A DNA stretch of 62,435 bases, the filler included, from Sphingomonadaceae bacterium (GTDB lineage: Bacteria; Chloroflexota; UBA6077): assembly GCA_050261575.1 (NCBI GenBank). It is 7 parts of 7 records of this genome, joined end to end, with 100 filler letters (N's around TTAATTAATTAA, not from the genome) between each part and the next. Parts side by side here need not be neighbours in the genome. Positions count along the whole stretch, not along the records: positions 60,301 to 62,435 come from JBLNDL010000039.1; 6 more parts are not named here. One strand, written 5' to 3'. The first letter of the stretch is position 1, and each line of letters starts with the position of its first letter. The notes beneath the pieces were generated by a model, which did not search any database, was not told the origin of the DNA, and saw nothing but the letters and a program-made list of their open reading frames with translations. The translations under genes were made by a program, and so were the position numbers. Positions 60,554 to 62,435 of this stretch are shown here, piece by piece.

Positions 60554-62272
60554 CTACTCTTTGGCGGCCACCTGGGCGAGCAGCATCTGCTGGATCTCGG
60601 ACAGGGGCTTCGGCCCCAGGTCGCCCCGGGAGCGAGACCTCACCGCGAGGCTGCCGGACTCCACCTCCCGATCGCCCACCACCAGCATGTAGGGGACCTT
60701 CTGGACCTGGGCCTCGCGGATCTTGAAGTTGACCTTCTCTCGCCGTCCGTCCACCTCTACCCTGAGCCCGGCGGCCTTGAGCTGCTGGGCCGCATGGCGA
60801 GCGTAGTCCAGGTGCCGGTCGGCGATGGGGATCACCACGGCCTGGACCGGAGCCAGCCACAGGGGGAAGGCCCCGGCGTACTGCTCCACGAGGATGGCGA
60901 AGAAGCGCTCCAGGGAGCCGAGCAGGGCCCGATGGACCATGAAGGGGCGGTGCTCCTTCCCGTCCTCTCCCACGTAGGTGATGTTGAACCTCTCCGGCTC
61001 GTTGAAGTCGAACTGCACCGTAGTGCACTGCCACGACCGGCCCAGGGCATCCTTGATCTTGATGTCGATCTTGGGACCGTAGAATGCTCCTCCACCCTCG
61101 TCGACGTGGTACTCGAGTCCCTGCTTCTGTACGGCGCGCCGCAGCGCCTCGGTGGCCTTCTCCCAGTCGGCCGGGTCGCCCACGTACTTCTCCGGCCTAG
61201 TGGACAGGTACACCTCGTACTCGTGGAAGCCGAAGGAGCGCAGAAGGTAGAGGGCAAGGTCCAGTGCCCCTATGACCTCGTCCTCCATCTGATCCGGACG
61301 GCAGAAGATGTGGGCGTCGTCCTGGGTGAAGCCCCTCACCCGCAGGAGACCGTGGAGGACGCCGCTTCGCTCGAAGCGGTACACGGTCCCCAGTTCCGCC
61401 CACCGGAGCGGGAGATCCCGGTAGCTGCGCAGCCTCGTTCGGTAGATCTCGATGTGGAAGGGGCAGTTCATCGGCTTGGTGAAGTAGCGCTGTCCCTCCA
61501 ACTCCATGGCGGGGTACATGTTTTCCGCGTAGAAGCCCAGGTGGCCACTGGTCTCCCATAGCTCCCCTCGACCGACGTGGGGGGTGAACACCAGCTCGTA
61601 CCCGGCGTCGAAGTGGGCCTGGCGCCAGAACTCCTCGATGGCCACCCTGATTCGCGCCCCCTTCGGGTGCCACAGGATGAGCCCCGGTCCCACATCCTCG
61701 GAGACGCTGAACAGATCCAACTCCGTGCCAAGCCGCCGGTGGTCGCGCCGCTTCGCCTCCTCCTGCCTCCAGAGGAACTCGTCAAGCTCCTCCTTCGTGG
61801 GGAAGGCGGTGCCGTAGATGCGCTGAAGCATGGGCCGCTTCTCGTCGCCACGCCAGTAGGCACCGGCCACGCTCAGCAGCTTGAAGGCGCCGATTTCCCC
61901 GCTGCTGCTCACGTGCGGTCCCCGGCAAAGGTCGATGAAGTCCCCCTGCTGATAGATGGAGATGCTGCCGTCCTCCAGCTCGTCGATGATCTCCACCTTG
62001 TAGACCTGGCCCCGCTTGGCGAAGAAGTCCCGTGCCTCTGCCTTGCTCATTTCCGAGCGAACGAAAGGCTGATTCTCCGCGGCGATCCGCTGCATCTCCG
62101 CCTCTATCTTCTCCAGATCCTCCGGAGTGAGTGGTCGAGGTAGATCTATGTCGTAGTAGAAGCCGTTCTCGATGGCGGGGCCGATGCCGAACTTGGCTTC
62201 GGGGAACAGATGCTGCACCGCCTCGGCCATCACGTGGGACGCGCTGTGACGCATCGTCTCCAGATCTGCCAT
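60554..62272 (-). CDS. thrS: Threonine-tRNA ligase (lacks the N-terminal TGS domain)
   Basis: RHSASH, DLCRGPH, KPMNCPFH, RVRGFTQDDAH and HRALLGSLERF. Confidence 0.97.
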   Translation of the reverse strand: MADLETMRHSASHVMAEAVQHLFPEAKFGIGPAIENGFYYDIDLPRPLTPEDLEKIEAEMQRIAAENQPFVRSEMSKAEARDFFAKRGQVYKVEIIDELEDGSISIYQQGDFIDLCRGPHVSSSGEIGAFKLLSVAGAYWRGDEKRPMLQRIYGTAFPTKEELDEFLWRQEEAKRRDHRRLGTELDLFSVSEDVGPGLILWHPKGARIRVAIEEFWRQAHFDAGYELVFTPHVGRGELWETSGHLGFYAENMYPAMELEGQRYFTKPMNCPFHIEIYRTRLRSYRDLPLRWAELGTVYRFERSGVLHGLLRVRGFTQDDAHIFCRPDQMEDEVIGALDLALYLLRSFGFHEYEVYLSTRPEKYVGDPADWEKATEALRRAVQKQGLEYHVDEGGGAFYGPKIDIKIKDALGRSWQCTTVQFDFNEPERFNITYVGEDGKEHRPFMVHRALLGSLERFFAILVEQYAGAFPLWLAPVQAVVIPIADRHLDYARHAAQQLKAAGLRVEVDGRREKVNFKIREAQVQKVPYMLVVGDREVESGSLAVRSRSRGDLGPKPLSEIQQMLLAQVAAKE

Positions 62273-62303
62273 TGTCACTACCTCCTTGGTCAACCGTCGC
62301 AGA

Positions 62304-62435
62304 CAAAGAAAGGAGCCCCTCGCCATGGGACGAGGGGCCCTCGTGGTTCCACCCAGATTCCGGCCAGCCGGTGCCGGCCGCTCCTTTGGCCGATAACGGG
62401 GCCGCCGTGAACCCCTAGGGTGCAGGACCTTCAGG
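62304..62435 (-). promoter_or_regulatory. T-box leader of thrS (3' part)
   Basis: AATCTGGGTGGAACCACGAG..CTCGTCCCA, terminator GCCCCTCG/CGAGGGGC followed by TCCTTTCTTT. Confidence 0.88.

Overview
This is a high-GC bacterial window of seven contigs joined by 100-nt N/TTAATTAATTAA linkers, so adjacency across linkers is not real. Gene content, GAAC-N4-GTTC SOS boxes, T-boxes and heptamer repeats suggest Chloroflexota (inference). The housekeeping backbone includes pcrA, rph, a parE/parC-like topoisomerase pair, ychF, an ArsA-family ATPase, metX, thrS and four tRNAs. Main highlights: (1) a ~5.3-kb tyrosine-integrase element in tRNA-Met(CAT) carrying a complete SAM-I/IV riboswitch plus terminator in front of an unknown Cys-rich gene, a tRNA-like att site with a 33-nt hairpin insertion, and a palindrome cluster; (2) a phage head-morphogenesis cluster with an internal perfect LexA box and host-type repeats inside and between genes, a candidate domesticated GTA-like system; (3) a UGA-selenocysteine glutaredoxin-PDZ gene that the ORF track truncates; (4) tandem nonaheme cytochromes sharing an 18-bp operator; (5) an unexplained 74-bp dispersed hairpin element; (6) a decayed islet in tRNA-Ile2. 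All calls come from reading the sequence; no searches were run.
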